DNA from: an uncultured Erysipelotrichaceae bacterium
GTDB taxonomy: Bacteria > Bacillota_I > Bacilli_A > Erysipelotrichales > Erysipelotrichaceae
Assembly (NCBI GenBank): GCA_942492995.1
Contig: OW818653.1
Span: 270,001-302,000, forward strand
Length of the DNA: 32,000 nt
Reading direction: 5' to 3'
Each line of letters starts with the position of its first letter. Positions within the stretch are counted from its first letter, which is position 1. This document shows, piece after piece, positions 17,866 through 26,995 of this stretch. The notes beneath the pieces are model-generated. The model made no database searches. It worked only from the letters and a program-made list of their open reading frames with translations, and had not been told where the DNA came from. Made by a program: the position numbers and the translations under genes.

Positions 17866-18619
17866 AACATGGATTATCCTGGGTATTGTAAGTATTGGTT
17901 TAATCCTAAGTTTCATAAAAGTATCCGCTTCATCATCCATTAATCTTGATTTTGACAATACTAGTAGTGCATCACTTGATTCATTGGATGTCGTATTCTT
18001 ACTTCTATTCTTATCAATTATTCCATCGCTTGTCTTAATGATGACAAGTTTCACTCGAATTATAATCGTGTTTTCTTTCTTAAGAAATGCACTTGGACTC
18101 CAACAATCTCCACCAAATCAAGTTTTAGTGGGATTAAGTCTATTTCTAACCTTGTTTATAATGGGACCTGTGATAAATGAAATAAATGAAAAAGCATACA
18201 TTCCGTATAAGGAACAAGCCATTACACAAGAAGTCGCATTAGATACTGCACAAGTCCCAATAAAAGAATTTATGTTACGACAAGTTGATAATGAGAGTTT
18301 AGAATTATTTATCTCAATCTCCAAACAAGAAGTTGTTATAGATCAAACTCGTGATGTAAACGAACAATTAAAAGAACTTGATTTGAGTATATTAGTCCCT
18401 GCCTTTGTGACAAGTGAATTGAAACGTGCATTCTTGATTGGATTCTTATTGTACATTCCATTTCTCGCAATCGATTTGATTGTTGCGTCAACACTTATGT
18501 CAATGGGGATGGTTATGTTACCACCTGGGATGATATCACTGCCATTCAAGATTATGATCTTCATACTTGCGGATGGATGGGGTCTCTTAATGAGTTCACT
18601 CGTACAAGGATTCCATTAA
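17849..18619 (+). CDS. fliP: Flagellar export gate protein FliP
   Basis: Signal-like N-terminus, MTSFTRIIIVFSFLRNALG and KRAF.IGF motifs. Confidence 0.95.
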   Translation: MTRKNKTWIILGIVSIGLILSFIKVSASSSINLDFDNTSSASLDSLDVVFLLLFLSIIPSLVLMMTSFTRIIIVFSFLRNALGLQQSPPNQVLVGLSLFLTLFIMGPVINEINEKAYIPYKEQAITQEVALDTAQVPIKEFMLRQVDNESLELFISISKQEVVIDQTRDVNEQLKELDLSILVPAFVTSELKRAFLIGFLLYIPFLAIDLIVASTLMSMGMVMLPPGMISLPFKIMIFILADGWGLLMSSLVQGFH

Positions 18620-18620
18620 T

Positions 18621-18884
18621 ATGAGTCAAGCAGAAATCATGAATATCTTTAATGAAGGGTTATGGTTAATCGCTAAGATTGCAGGACCAATATTACTTGC
18701 GAGTGTAGTGATTGGATTGATTGTCGCAATCTTCCAAGCCGCAACGCAAATTCATGAACAAACCTTAACCTTTGTTCCTAAACTGATTGTCATTGCGCTT
18801 ATCTTCTTGATATCAGGCTCATGGATGTTGCGTACTATGATTGAATTTATCGAACATCTATTTGATCTAATGATTGGATTGTAA
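18621..18884 (+). CDS. fliQ: Flagellar export gate protein FliQ
   Basis: 87 aa, two TM segments, FQAATQIHEQTLTFVPK motif. Confidence 0.93.
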   Translation: MSQAEIMNIFNEGLWLIAKIAGPILLASVVIGLIVAIFQAATQIHEQTLTFVPKLIVIALIFLISGSWMLRTMIEFIEHLFDLMIGL

Positions 18885-18885
18885 T

Positions 18886-19653
18886 ATGTCAATTCGGTTT
18901 GATAATCTTCCTGTTTACTTACTTGTCTTTGTTCGATTAAGCGCATGTTTTATGTTCAATCCTGTATTTTCACGAAGAAATATTCCGCAAATGACACGCT
19001 TAGCATTCATTGCATGGCTAAGTTTGATTATTGCGCCAAATGTGAATGGATCAAACCTAAACACAATAGACGATTTGACATTCATACTACTCATCTTTAA
19101 AGAAGTATTACTCGGATATTTTCTAGGTTATGTGGTTCAACTCTATCAATTCATGTTGTTCTTCGTTGGTGATCTATTGGATTATCAATTCGGACTATCG
19201 ATGGCTAAAGTATTTGATCCGCAAACACATGTACAAGTTTCCGCAATTGGTAATTTATTCCAAATTCTATTCGTTGTTTTATTCTTTATGAGTAATTCGC
19301 ACTTACTCTTTATCCAAATGATTTCAACATCATTTGACTATTTAGGAATTGACCAATGGTTCAATTTATCAAAAGTCGTTCCATTAATATTAGATCTATT
19401 TATAAAAGTATTTATGTTAGTCATAAAGCTCGCATTACCGATGGTTGTGGCCGCATTTATTCTTGAAATATCAATGGGAATTCTAATGAAGTTGATACCA
19501 CAAATACATGTATTTGTAATTAATATACAAATTAAAATCATGTTAGGCATATTCTTACTGATGATAATGATTAATCCAATATCCTCAATCTTAGATAAAA
19601 GTTTAGGACAAATGTCTCAAGATATCCAGAATCTATTAATGAGTATGAACTAG
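18886..19653 (+). CDS. fliR: Flagellar export gate protein FliR
   Basis: About 255 aa polytopic membrane protein following fliQ. The ATG at 18886 is preferred over the TTG at 18874. Confidence 0.9.
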   Translation: MSIRFDNLPVYLLVFVRLSACFMFNPVFSRRNIPQMTRLAFIAWLSLIIAPNVNGSNLNTIDDLTFILLIFKEVLLGYFLGYVVQLYQFMLFFVGDLLDYQFGLSMAKVFDPQTHVQVSAIGNLFQILFVVLFFMSNSHLLFIQMISTSFDYLGIDQWFNLSKVVPLILDLFIKVFMLVIKLALPMVVAAFILEISMGILMKLIPQIHVFVINIQIKIMLGIFLLMIMINPISSILDKSLGQMSQDIQNLLMSMN

Positions 19654-19669
19654 AAAGAGGTGATGAACC

Positions 19670-20728
19670 TTGGCAACTGAGAAGAGTGAAAAAGCCACCC
19701 CCAAACGACGTAGTGATGAGCGTAAAAAAGGGAACATATTTCAAAGTAAGGATGCGGTATCGGTTGCGGTTCTTCTCGCTAGTTTCTATTCACTACAGTT
19801 TTATTTCCCAAGCATTATTTCTAATCTAATTAATTTAATTAATTCAATGTTTGATCAAATTGTTCAGATAAAATCATTAAGTATAGAATCCATCCAGTTA
19901 ATTTATATCCAAGTCACCATTGTATTTCTAGTTATCGCATTACCATTACTGTTCGTCTCAATGGGTACAAATATTATTGCGGTAGGTGCACAGACACGAT
20001 TTCTCTATACGATGTCTTCAATTAAGTTTAAGTTTGATCGACTTGATTTACTTAAAGGCATACAGAAATTATTTAGTTTAAGATCACTCGTCGATTTGTT
20101 TAAATCAATCTTAAAAATCTTAATTCTTGCGGCAATCGTTTATTCAACGTTAGAACCAAGAATGAACTCACTAATTGGACTATTCGATATGGAGTTCATG
20201 CAAGTACTTGTATTCTTGGGACAAACAATCATGAGTGTAGTGACAAGTGTTGGAATGTTCTTTATCTTCTTAGCATTAGCTGATTATGCCTATCAATGGT
20301 ATGAGTACGAAAAGAATATTCGTATGAGTAAACAAGATATTAAAGAGGAATATCGCCAAATGGAAGGTGATCCTCAGATTAAGAACAAGATTAAAGAACG
20401 TCAACGTTTAATGTCACAGAGACGTATGATGCAAAATGTTCCTAAAGCAGATGTTATTATACGAAATCCAACGCATTATGCGATTGCGGTTCAATATGAA
20501 ATGGGTAAACAGAGAGCGCCTATTATACTTGCGAAAGGGATGGATAGCTTAGCATTAAAAATCATTGAAGTTGCGGAAAAACACAATATTCCGAGTATCG
20601 AGAATAAACCACTCGCAAGAGGCTTATATGAAGCAGTTGAGATTGATCAAGAGATTCCAGAAAAATATTATCATGCGGTCGCTGAAGTCTTAGCGTTTGT
20701 CTATCAATTGAAGAAAGGAAAGAAGTAA
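19670..20728 (+). CDS. flhB: Flagellar export switch protein FlhB
   Basis: N-terminal EKSEKATPKRRSDERKKGNIFQSKD, four TM segments, NPTH autocleavage site (IIRNPTHYAIAV). TTG start 7 nt after AGAGGTG. Confidence 0.95.
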   Translation: MATEKSEKATPKRRSDERKKGNIFQSKDAVSVAVLLASFYSLQFYFPSIISNLINLINSMFDQIVQIKSLSIESIQLIYIQVTIVFLVIALPLLFVSMGTNIIAVGAQTRFLYTMSSIKFKFDRLDLLKGIQKLFSLRSLVDLFKSILKILILAAIVYSTLEPRMNSLIGLFDMEFMQVLVFLGQTIMSVVTSVGMFFIFLALADYAYQWYEYEKNIRMSKQDIKEEYRQMEGDPQIKNKIKERQRLMSQRRMMQNVPKADVIIRNPTHYAIAVQYEMGKQRAPIILAKGMDSLALKIIEVAEKHNIPSIENKPLARGLYEAVEIDQEIPEKYYHAVAEVLAFVYQLKKGKK

Positions 20729-20729
20729 T

Positions 20730-22781
20730 ATGCAAAAATATCTTAAAGGTACAAGTTCACTATTAATCGTATTAATCGTATTACTTATCATTATTCCTTT
20801 ACCTTCTTGGTTATTAGATATGATGTTTATCCTAAACTTAGCAATTTCATTTATTATTTTACTTACTTCTATGAATATTACAGAATCGCTACAATTTAGT
20901 TTATTTCCTGCAATACTTCTTATTACCACATTATTTAGACTCGCATTAAATATCTCATCAACGCGTCTTATTCTTCTTGAGAATGGATATGCAGGGGAGG
21001 TTGTTAAAACATTTGGCGACTTCGTTATTCGTGGGAATCCATTTGTAGGTTTGGTTATATTTCTAATTATTGTTGTGGTTCAATTTATCGTTATTTCAAA
21101 GGGGAGTGAGCGTGTTTCTGAAGTTAGTGCACGTTTTACTCTAGACGCAATGCCAGGTAAACAAATGGCAATTGATGCGGATTTATCATCCGGTTTAATT
21201 GATGAGGAAACTGCACGTGAACGACGTAAAAAAATACAACGTGAAGCAGATTTCTTTGGCGCAATGGATGGGGCAAGTAAGTTTGTCAAAGGGGATGCGA
21301 TTGTATCGATTATCGTAACCTTCATCAATCTTATCGGTGGATTAATCATCGGATTTACGACCAATGTAGGTGGATTTCAAGAAATCATAAACATTTATTC
21401 AACCGCAACGGTTGGGGATGGTCTTATCTCACAGTTCCCAGCTTTATTAATATCTGTCGCAACCGGTATGATTGTGACGCGAAGTGCATCTGAAGCGAAT
21501 ATTAGTACAGAATTAGTAAAACAATTTACGAGTCAACCGCGTGTACTCATTATGTCTGGTGGAATCATACTAGGACTTATCTTTATTCCTGGATTTCCTA
21601 AACTACAAATAATAGTGATGGGATTAATGTTAATCGGACTAGGTGTTACACTAGAGCGAAATGAAAATCGACTAGCGACTGCACTCGATAATAATCTAAA
21701 CATTAGTGAAGAAATTACGTCTGAAACGAGCTACTATCGCAATATTGATCATATCTATGGATTACTAAATGTAGAGACAATAGAAATGGAATTTGGTTAT
21801 AGCTTGATTCCATTGATTGATGAAAATAGTGGTGGAGTATTTATTGATCGAATTATCATGTTCAGAAAAAAATATGCGTTAGAAATGGGACTTGTTGTAC
21901 CAAGTGTAAAGCTAAAAGATAGTTCAAGTCTTAATCCCAATGAATATACGATAAAACTTAAAGGCGAAGAAATCGCACGTGGTGATGTCCTTGTCGATCA
22001 TTTACTAGCCATCGCGGCAAATGAAGTTAAAACAGAGATTGATGGAATCGAAACGATTGAACCCGCATTTGGATTAAGCGCAAAATGGATAACTGAAAAG
22101 AATCGCATTAAAGCAGAGATTGCTGGTTACACATTAATTGATCCAACCAGTGTTATCGTGACACATTTAAGTGAAGTGATTAAGAAACATGTAGATGAAT
22201 TATTAACACGTCAAGAACTACATCATATTCTTGATAATCTCAAGAAATCGAATGAAACACTTGTAAATGATTTAGTCCCAAATGTTGTATCAATTCAAAC
22301 ACTTCAAAAAGTATTGTGTAATCTCTTGAAGGAACAAGTCTCAATCCGTGATTTAGAAAGTATTTTAGAAACACTCGGTGATTATGCACCATCCATACGT
22401 GATATTGATGTATTAAGTGAATATGTAAGACAATCCTTAAAACGAACAATTACATCTAAGTACATCGAAAATCGACAACTTAAAGTTATAACGCTGGACG
22501 TAAAAATAGAAAATATGATCATGGAAAGTGTTAAGAAAGTAGATAATGGTTCTTACTTAGCCTTAGATCCTAACTCTATACAAAATATTATTCAGAGTAC
22601 GACCAAAGAAATTGACCGTGTAAAGGATTTAGTTCCATATTCTATCGTATTAACATCTCCAATCGTTCGAGTTTACTATAAAAAATTAATCGATCAGTTT
22701 GTCCCAAATATCGTCGTTTTATCCTTCAATGAGATTGATACGAATGTGCAAATTCAAGCACTCGCAAATATTGCCTTATGA
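20730..22781 (+). CDS. flhA: Flagellar export gate protein FlhA
   Basis: 683 aa, with FHIPEP-type motifs (ARFTLDAMPGKQMAIDADL, GAMDGASKFVKGDAI). Confidence 0.96.
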   Translation: MQKYLKGTSSLLIVLIVLLIIIPLPSWLLDMMFILNLAISFIILLTSMNITESLQFSLFPAILLITTLFRLALNISSTRLILLENGYAGEVVKTFGDFVIRGNPFVGLVIFLIIVVVQFIVISKGSERVSEVSARFTLDAMPGKQMAIDADLSSGLIDEETARERRKKIQREADFFGAMDGASKFVKGDAIVSIIVTFINLIGGLIIGFTTNVGGFQEIINIYSTATVGDGLISQFPALLISVATGMIVTRSASEANISTELVKQFTSQPRVLIMSGGIILGLIFIPGFPKLQIIVMGLMLIGLGVTLERNENRLATALDNNLNISEEITSETSYYRNIDHIYGLLNVETIEMEFGYSLIPLIDENSGGVFIDRIIMFRKKYALEMGLVVPSVKLKDSSSLNPNEYTIKLKGEEIARGDVLVDHLLAIAANEVKTEIDGIETIEPAFGLSAKWITEKNRIKAEIAGYTLIDPTSVIVTHLSEVIKKHVDELLTRQELHHILDNLKKSNETLVNDLVPNVVSIQTLQKVLCNLLKEQVSIRDLESILETLGDYAPSIRDIDVLSEYVRQSLKRTITSKYIENRQLKVITLDVKIENMIMESVKKVDNGSYLALDPNSIQNIIQSTTKEIDRVKDLVPYSIVLTSPIVRVYYKKLIDQFVPNIVVLSFNEIDTNVQIQALANIAL

Positions 22782-23509
22782 TCGAACTAGAAATAAAGAA
22801 TTATCAGATTACCAGAGATATTAATCATCGTAATGATTTATTAGAACAGACTTTACCTATCATAAAAAAAGTAGCCAAACAAACACGTAATTTGTATATG
22901 AATCACATGGAGTTTGATGATGTTGTATCAATTGGAATTCTCGCAATGATTGAATGTATTGAACAATACGATGAATCTAAAGGCTTGAGTTTTGAAGCCT
23001 ATGCATACACAAAAGTGAAATATCGATTAATCGATGAGCTGGGTATGAATGGGTTTATCCCAAGACGTATACGTCAAGAAGCTAAACACATAAACAATGC
23101 GTATGATGAATTGGCGAATCAACTTATGCGCGAACCAAGTGATTTAGAATTAGCTGAGTTTATGCAAATTGATTTAAGTGAAATTAGTAAGAATCATCAG
23201 GAAATGGCTTGGTCACAATTATTAAGTTTTGAAGAGATTAATGAAAATTATGGAGATAGAGATCTAATTGATCATAAGAATCTTAATCCAGAACAGTTAT
23301 TCTTCAAAAAAGAAATGGTTAATGAAATCACTGAAGCGTTAAAGTTGTTAAGTGAAAGAGAACAAATACTAATCAGTTTATATTATTACGAAAATTGTCG
23401 ATTAAAAGAAATTGGTGAAATCTTTGAAGTTACTGAAGCTAGAGCAAGTCAAATGCATGCTCAAGCGATAAAGAAACTAAAAGATATTCTAAAGGAGAAA
23501 ACCATATGA
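22778..23509 (+). CDS. fliA: Flagellar sigma factor FliA/SigD (sigma-28)
   Basis: 243 aa, with sigma-70 regions 2, 3 and 4 (region 4 HTH LKEIGEIFEVTEARASQMHAQAIKKL). ATGA overlap with the flhA stop. Confidence 0.9.
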   Translation: MIELEIKNYQITRDINHRNDLLEQTLPIIKKVAKQTRNLYMNHMEFDDVVSIGILAMIECIEQYDESKGLSFEAYAYTKVKYRLIDELGMNGFIPRRIRQEAKHINNAYDELANQLMREPSDLELAEFMQIDLSEISKNHQEMAWSQLLSFEEINENYGDRDLIDHKNLNPEQLFFKKEMVNEITEALKLLSEREQILISLYYYENCRLKEIGEIFEVTEARASQMHAQAIKKLKDILKEKTI

Positions 23510-24246
23510 GTAATGGGTTCTATACAGCTGCACAAGCAATGATGATGCAACAAAGACGGTTAAATACGATCTCGAACAATATCGCTAATGTTAAAACCAA
23601 TGGCTATAAAAAAGAAGAAACAGTATTCTCGAGTTTTCAAGAAAGTCTTAATTATCGAATTGATGAACAAGGTAAAACATTGATTGGTTCAACATCAAAA
23701 CTTAGTGCTATAGATGAGATAAACTTTAGGTTTGATTTAGCAAATCTAGAAGATACAAATCGATCACTTGATATTGCGCTTGTATCAGAAGGCTTCTATA
23801 CCGTTAAACAAAACAATCAAATATTTTATACGCGTGATGGTTCATTTAACATCGATCCTGAAGGTTTCCTTATCACAAGTAATGGAGCTCGTGTTCAAGG
23901 CACTAAAGGTGATATACGTGTTATGAATGACAAATTTGTCGTAAATGAAACAGGTGTAGTTAAAAGCTCAACTGGTCAAGTGATTGATACTCTCTTAATC
24001 CAAACACCGAATGAATCCACAAACCTTATTAAAATGGGAAATGGTTATTTCTCACTTGATGGAGGAACGCTTGATAAAACGACACCATGGGTAATTCAAT
24101 CAATGCTTGAACACTCAAATGTCGATGTGACTGAAGAAATGTCTCAGTTAATTCAAGTTCAACGCAACTTTCAAAGTGTTGCGAATGCTTTAAAAACAAT
24201 TGATGGATTAAATGCTCGTGCGGTGAGCGAAATCGGAAAGGTATAA
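23506..24246 (+). CDS. flgF: Flagellar basal-body rod protein (FlgF / FlhO-like)
   Basis: ISNNIANVKTNGYKK N-terminal motif and LEHSNVDVTEEMSQLIQVQRNFQ C-terminal motif. Confidence 0.85.
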   Translation: MSNGFYTAAQAMMMQQRRLNTISNNIANVKTNGYKKEETVFSSFQESLNYRIDEQGKTLIGSTSKLSAIDEINFRFDLANLEDTNRSLDIALVSEGFYTVKQNNQIFYTRDGSFNIDPEGFLITSNGARVQGTKGDIRVMNDKFVVNETGVVKSSTGQVIDTLLIQTPNESTNLIKMGNGYFSLDGGTLDKTTPWVIQSMLEHSNVDVTEEMSQLIQVQRNFQSVANALKTIDGLNARAVSEIGKV

Positions 24247-24247
24247 C

Positions 24248-24973
24248 ATGAACATAGCATTCTATAACGCTTATACAGCACTTCAAGCCTACCAACAAAA
24301 TATTAATAGTATCTCAAATAACTTAGCGAATGTATCTACGAATGGTTATAAATCTACAAATGTAAATTTCGATGATTTGATCTATACTCAAATGGATATA
24401 AACGATAAATCAACCAATCTTATGCAAGGACATGGTGTCAAAGCAAGTTCGATTCAAACAAACTTTACCCAAGGATTGTTTGTTAATACATCAAGTCAAA
24501 CTGACTTTGCGATAATTGGTGATGGATTCTTTGCGACGATGAATAAAGGTCAAATTGAATACACACGGGATGGTTCATTTGGTTTATCAATCCAAGGCGA
24601 AAAAGCATTTCTCGTTAGAAATGATGGATCTTATGTATTAGATACGAACAATAAACCAATCGAGATATCAAAGAAAGATAATGTCTGGGATATTGAATCA
24701 GCTAAATCTAAAATAGGTGTATTCACATTTAATAATCCAGATGGCTTGATTAAATCAAATAATACAAGTTACTTAATAAGTGATAACTCAGGTAAAGCAA
24801 TATTAGCTCCAGAGAAATCATTCTTACTGGTTCAATCCTGCTTGGAACAATCCAATGTCGAAATGGGACCCCAAATGGTAGCGTTGATTGAAGGTCAAAA
24901 AGCCTTCCAATTAAATTCAAGAGTGATACAAACAGCAGATCAAATCGAAGAAATCATTAATAATCTACGTTAG
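24248..24973 (+). CDS. flgG: Flagellar distal rod protein (FlgG / FlhP-like)
   Basis: ISNNLANVSTNGYKS N-terminal motif and LEQSNVEMGPQMVALIEGQKAFQLNSR C-terminal motif. Confidence 0.85.
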   Translation: MNIAFYNAYTALQAYQQNINSISNNLANVSTNGYKSTNVNFDDLIYTQMDINDKSTNLMQGHGVKASSIQTNFTQGLFVNTSSQTDFAIIGDGFFATMNKGQIEYTRDGSFGLSIQGEKAFLVRNDGSYVLDTNNKPIEISKKDNVWDIESAKSKIGVFTFNNPDGLIKSNNTSYLISDNSGKAILAPEKSFLLVQSCLEQSNVEMGPQMVALIEGQKAFQLNSRVIQTADQIEEIINNLR

Positions 24974-24987
24974 AAAGGAGAATTGTC

Positions 24988-25920
24988 ATGAATCATACCT
25001 ATCATGAAACGGGTGAGACTATACGCAAATATGATTTTAGATCGCCTAAGAAGTTCGGTAAGGAACAATTACGTACAATCGAAGATTTACATGAAACATT
25101 TGTACGCAATTTATCGTCTTATCTAAGTGCTTTAACACGACTGTATTGCGAAGTTCAAATTACCCATATCGAGAAACAACGTTACTACGAATACATTAAT
25201 ACAGCTCAAGAACTAGCGGTTTGTGCGAATTTTGATATTACACCATTGGATGAAACGATTGATGAGATAAGTATGCTAGTGACGATTAATCCGGATATCG
25301 GATACTTTCTAATCGATAAATTACTGGGTGGAACTGGTAATGAAACACAAATTGAACGTGATTTTACTGAAATTGAATGTGCTTTATTAGAAAATATATT
25401 TGGGAAACTAACACGTCAAATTGAGATGAGTTGGATGAAACAACTAGAAATAGAAGCTCGTATGAAGAGTTTAGAAACGAATCCAAGAGTCATACAATTA
25501 ATGATGCCAGAAGAGATTGTATTGGTTGTGGAATGTAAAGTAGTACTTGGAGAATTAAATAGTAGTTTAAAACTATTGTTACCTTCTGTATTATTCGAAA
25601 CACTCATGGAAAAATTCACTCCGAAATTTATACGTAATACAAAACGACATGATGAAAGTAAAGAAGAAATCCAAAAGAATGCGATCTTAAATTCATTAAA
25701 AGGTGCAGAAGTTGAACTGAAAGTTGTATTAGATGAAATCGAAATTGATTTACACGATATCTTACAACTTGAAGTAAACGATATTATTCCACTATCAAAA
25801 CGATTTGATTCAAATGTGACAGTGAATGTGGATGATAATCCATGGTTTGAGGCTAAATTAGGTGAGACTAAACAACGTAAAGCAGTTAAAATTGAACGAT
25901 TAATTGAGAAGGAGAAATAA
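24988..25920 (+). CDS. fliM: Flagellar motor switch protein FliM (lacks the usual N-terminal CheY-P docking peptide)
   Basis: 310 aa. It starts about 10 aa before the conserved KYDFRSPKKFGKEQLR motif, has the GGTG motif in the middle domain, and ends in a SpoA-like domain. Confidence 0.88.
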   Translation: MNHTYHETGETIRKYDFRSPKKFGKEQLRTIEDLHETFVRNLSSYLSALTRLYCEVQITHIEKQRYYEYINTAQELAVCANFDITPLDETIDEISMLVTINPDIGYFLIDKLLGGTGNETQIERDFTEIECALLENIFGKLTRQIEMSWMKQLEIEARMKSLETNPRVIQLMMPEEIVLVVECKVVLGELNSSLKLLLPSVLFETLMEKFTPKFIRNTKRHDESKEEIQKNAILNSLKGAEVELKVVLDEIEIDLHDILQLEVNDIIPLSKRFDSNVTVNVDDNPWFEAKLGETKQRKAVKIERLIEKEK

Positions 25921-25921
25921 T

Positions 25922-26854
25922 ATGTCAATGAACTCAGAACAAGAGAAAATCAATAATATTAAAGACAGTGTCCAACACGCATTAATAGAAGGTATTCGTA
26001 ATATTCATAGTCTTTTTGATTCATCCTTCGAATGTACAGATGTACAAATCGATAGTAAATTTCCTGCAGAATTAGCCCTTCAAATTCAAAAAGATGCGAT
26101 TATGATTCAAACAACATTTAGCTCAGATTATTCTGAATCAAGTTTAATGTTAGTTGATTTAGATAGTACAAAATACCTTATAAAACAATTAATGAATCAT
26201 GATGATGAAGAAATCGTATTGGATGAATTTGGATTAAGCGCATTTAGTGAAATTACAACATTGTTTTATCAAGGATTCACCCAACATATCAGTCAATTCT
26301 TAGGGAAAACGATTAAAAATGATCGATCAAAAGTAATCCAAATTGATCATAAAACGCAAGGCATTTCACCATTTAATGCTAAAGTTCTTGCGGTACGTTT
26401 CAACTTAAAACAAAATGATCAATATATTCCAATGCAGTTATATTTCGATTTCGCAAGTTTTACAGGACTCGTTGAAAATTTAAGCGATAAGAAATCAAAC
26501 TTTGAGACGAAATCTAATAAACAAGATGAAATTCAAGTAAAAGAAGTTCGTGTCCCAAAATATACAAATATGAATGAAAATGTGAGTGCTAATCCATCTA
26601 AGAATTTAGATCTAATCATGAATGTTCCGCTTAATGTGTCAATTGAGATAGGAAAGACGAAACGCAAAATTAAAGATATTATGAGTTTTGCGTCAGGTTA
26701 TGTCCTTGAACTTGAGAAACAATTAGGTGCACCAGTTGATATTGTTGTGAATGGACAATTGATCGCACGAGGTGATGTCGTTGTGATTGATGAGAATTTT
26801 GCGATTAGAATTACTGAAATAATTAGTACTACAAGCTTATTACCAAATGACTAA
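25922..26854 (+). CDS. fliY: Flagellar motor switch protein FliY (CheC-like region plus FliN/SpoA C-terminal domain)
   Basis: C-terminal MNVPLNVSIEIGKTKRKIKDIMSFASGYVLELEK...ARGDVVVIDENFAIRITEI. The middle region has CheC-like repeats (LSAFSEITTLF). The ATG at 25922 follows GGAGAA. Confidence 0.85.
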   Translation: MSMNSEQEKINNIKDSVQHALIEGIRNIHSLFDSSFECTDVQIDSKFPAELALQIQKDAIMIQTTFSSDYSESSLMLVDLDSTKYLIKQLMNHDDEEIVLDEFGLSAFSEITTLFYQGFTQHISQFLGKTIKNDRSKVIQIDHKTQGISPFNAKVLAVRFNLKQNDQYIPMQLYFDFASFTGLVENLSDKKSNFETKSNKQDEIQVKEVRVPKYTNMNENVSANPSKNLDLIMNVPLNVSIEIGKTKRKIKDIMSFASGYVLELEKQLGAPVDIVVNGQLIARGDVVVIDENFAIRITEIISTTSLLPND

Positions 26855-26876
26855 CTCCTTTATAGGAGTTTTTTTT
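26853..26876 (+). terminator. Rho-independent terminator ending the large flagellar operon
   Basis: AACTCCT-TTAT-AGGAGTT followed by TTTTTT. Confidence 0.8.
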
Positions 26877-26896
26877 AAAATAATTAACTTTTTACT

Positions 26897-26924
26897 TAAG
26901 TTTTTAATCCCTTGTACAGATGTA
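26897..26924 (+). promoter_or_regulatory. Candidate sigma-28 promoter for flagellin (imperfect)
   Basis: TAAG, 16-nt spacer, CAGATGTA. This is weaker than the two near-consensus sigma-28 promoters at 27800 and 31321. Confidence 0.35.
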
Positions 26925-26957
26925 TATTGTGAGAGTTAGAAATAACTCCATTCTCAA

Positions 26958-26990
26958 GCGAAAAGGATTTCGCAGAACATTCAAGGAGGA
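26958..26990 (+). promoter_or_regulatory. Flagellin mRNA leader with two CsrA-type GGA sites (hairpin-loop AGGA plus the SD)
   Basis: GCGAAA-AGGA-TTTCGC hairpin (26958-26973) presents AGGA in a 4-nt loop. A second GGA lies in the SD AAGGAGGA (26983-26990), about 20 nt downstream. Confidence 0.55.
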
Positions 26991-26995
26991 ATACA

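Noticed and set aside
26897-26940. A strong sigma-28 or sigma-A promoter for flagellin.
   Set aside because: The best sigma-28-like match (TAAG-N16-CAGATGTA) is clearly weaker than the two near-consensus sites elsewhere in the window, and no good -35/-10 sigma-A pair is present. I kept it only as a low-confidence feature.
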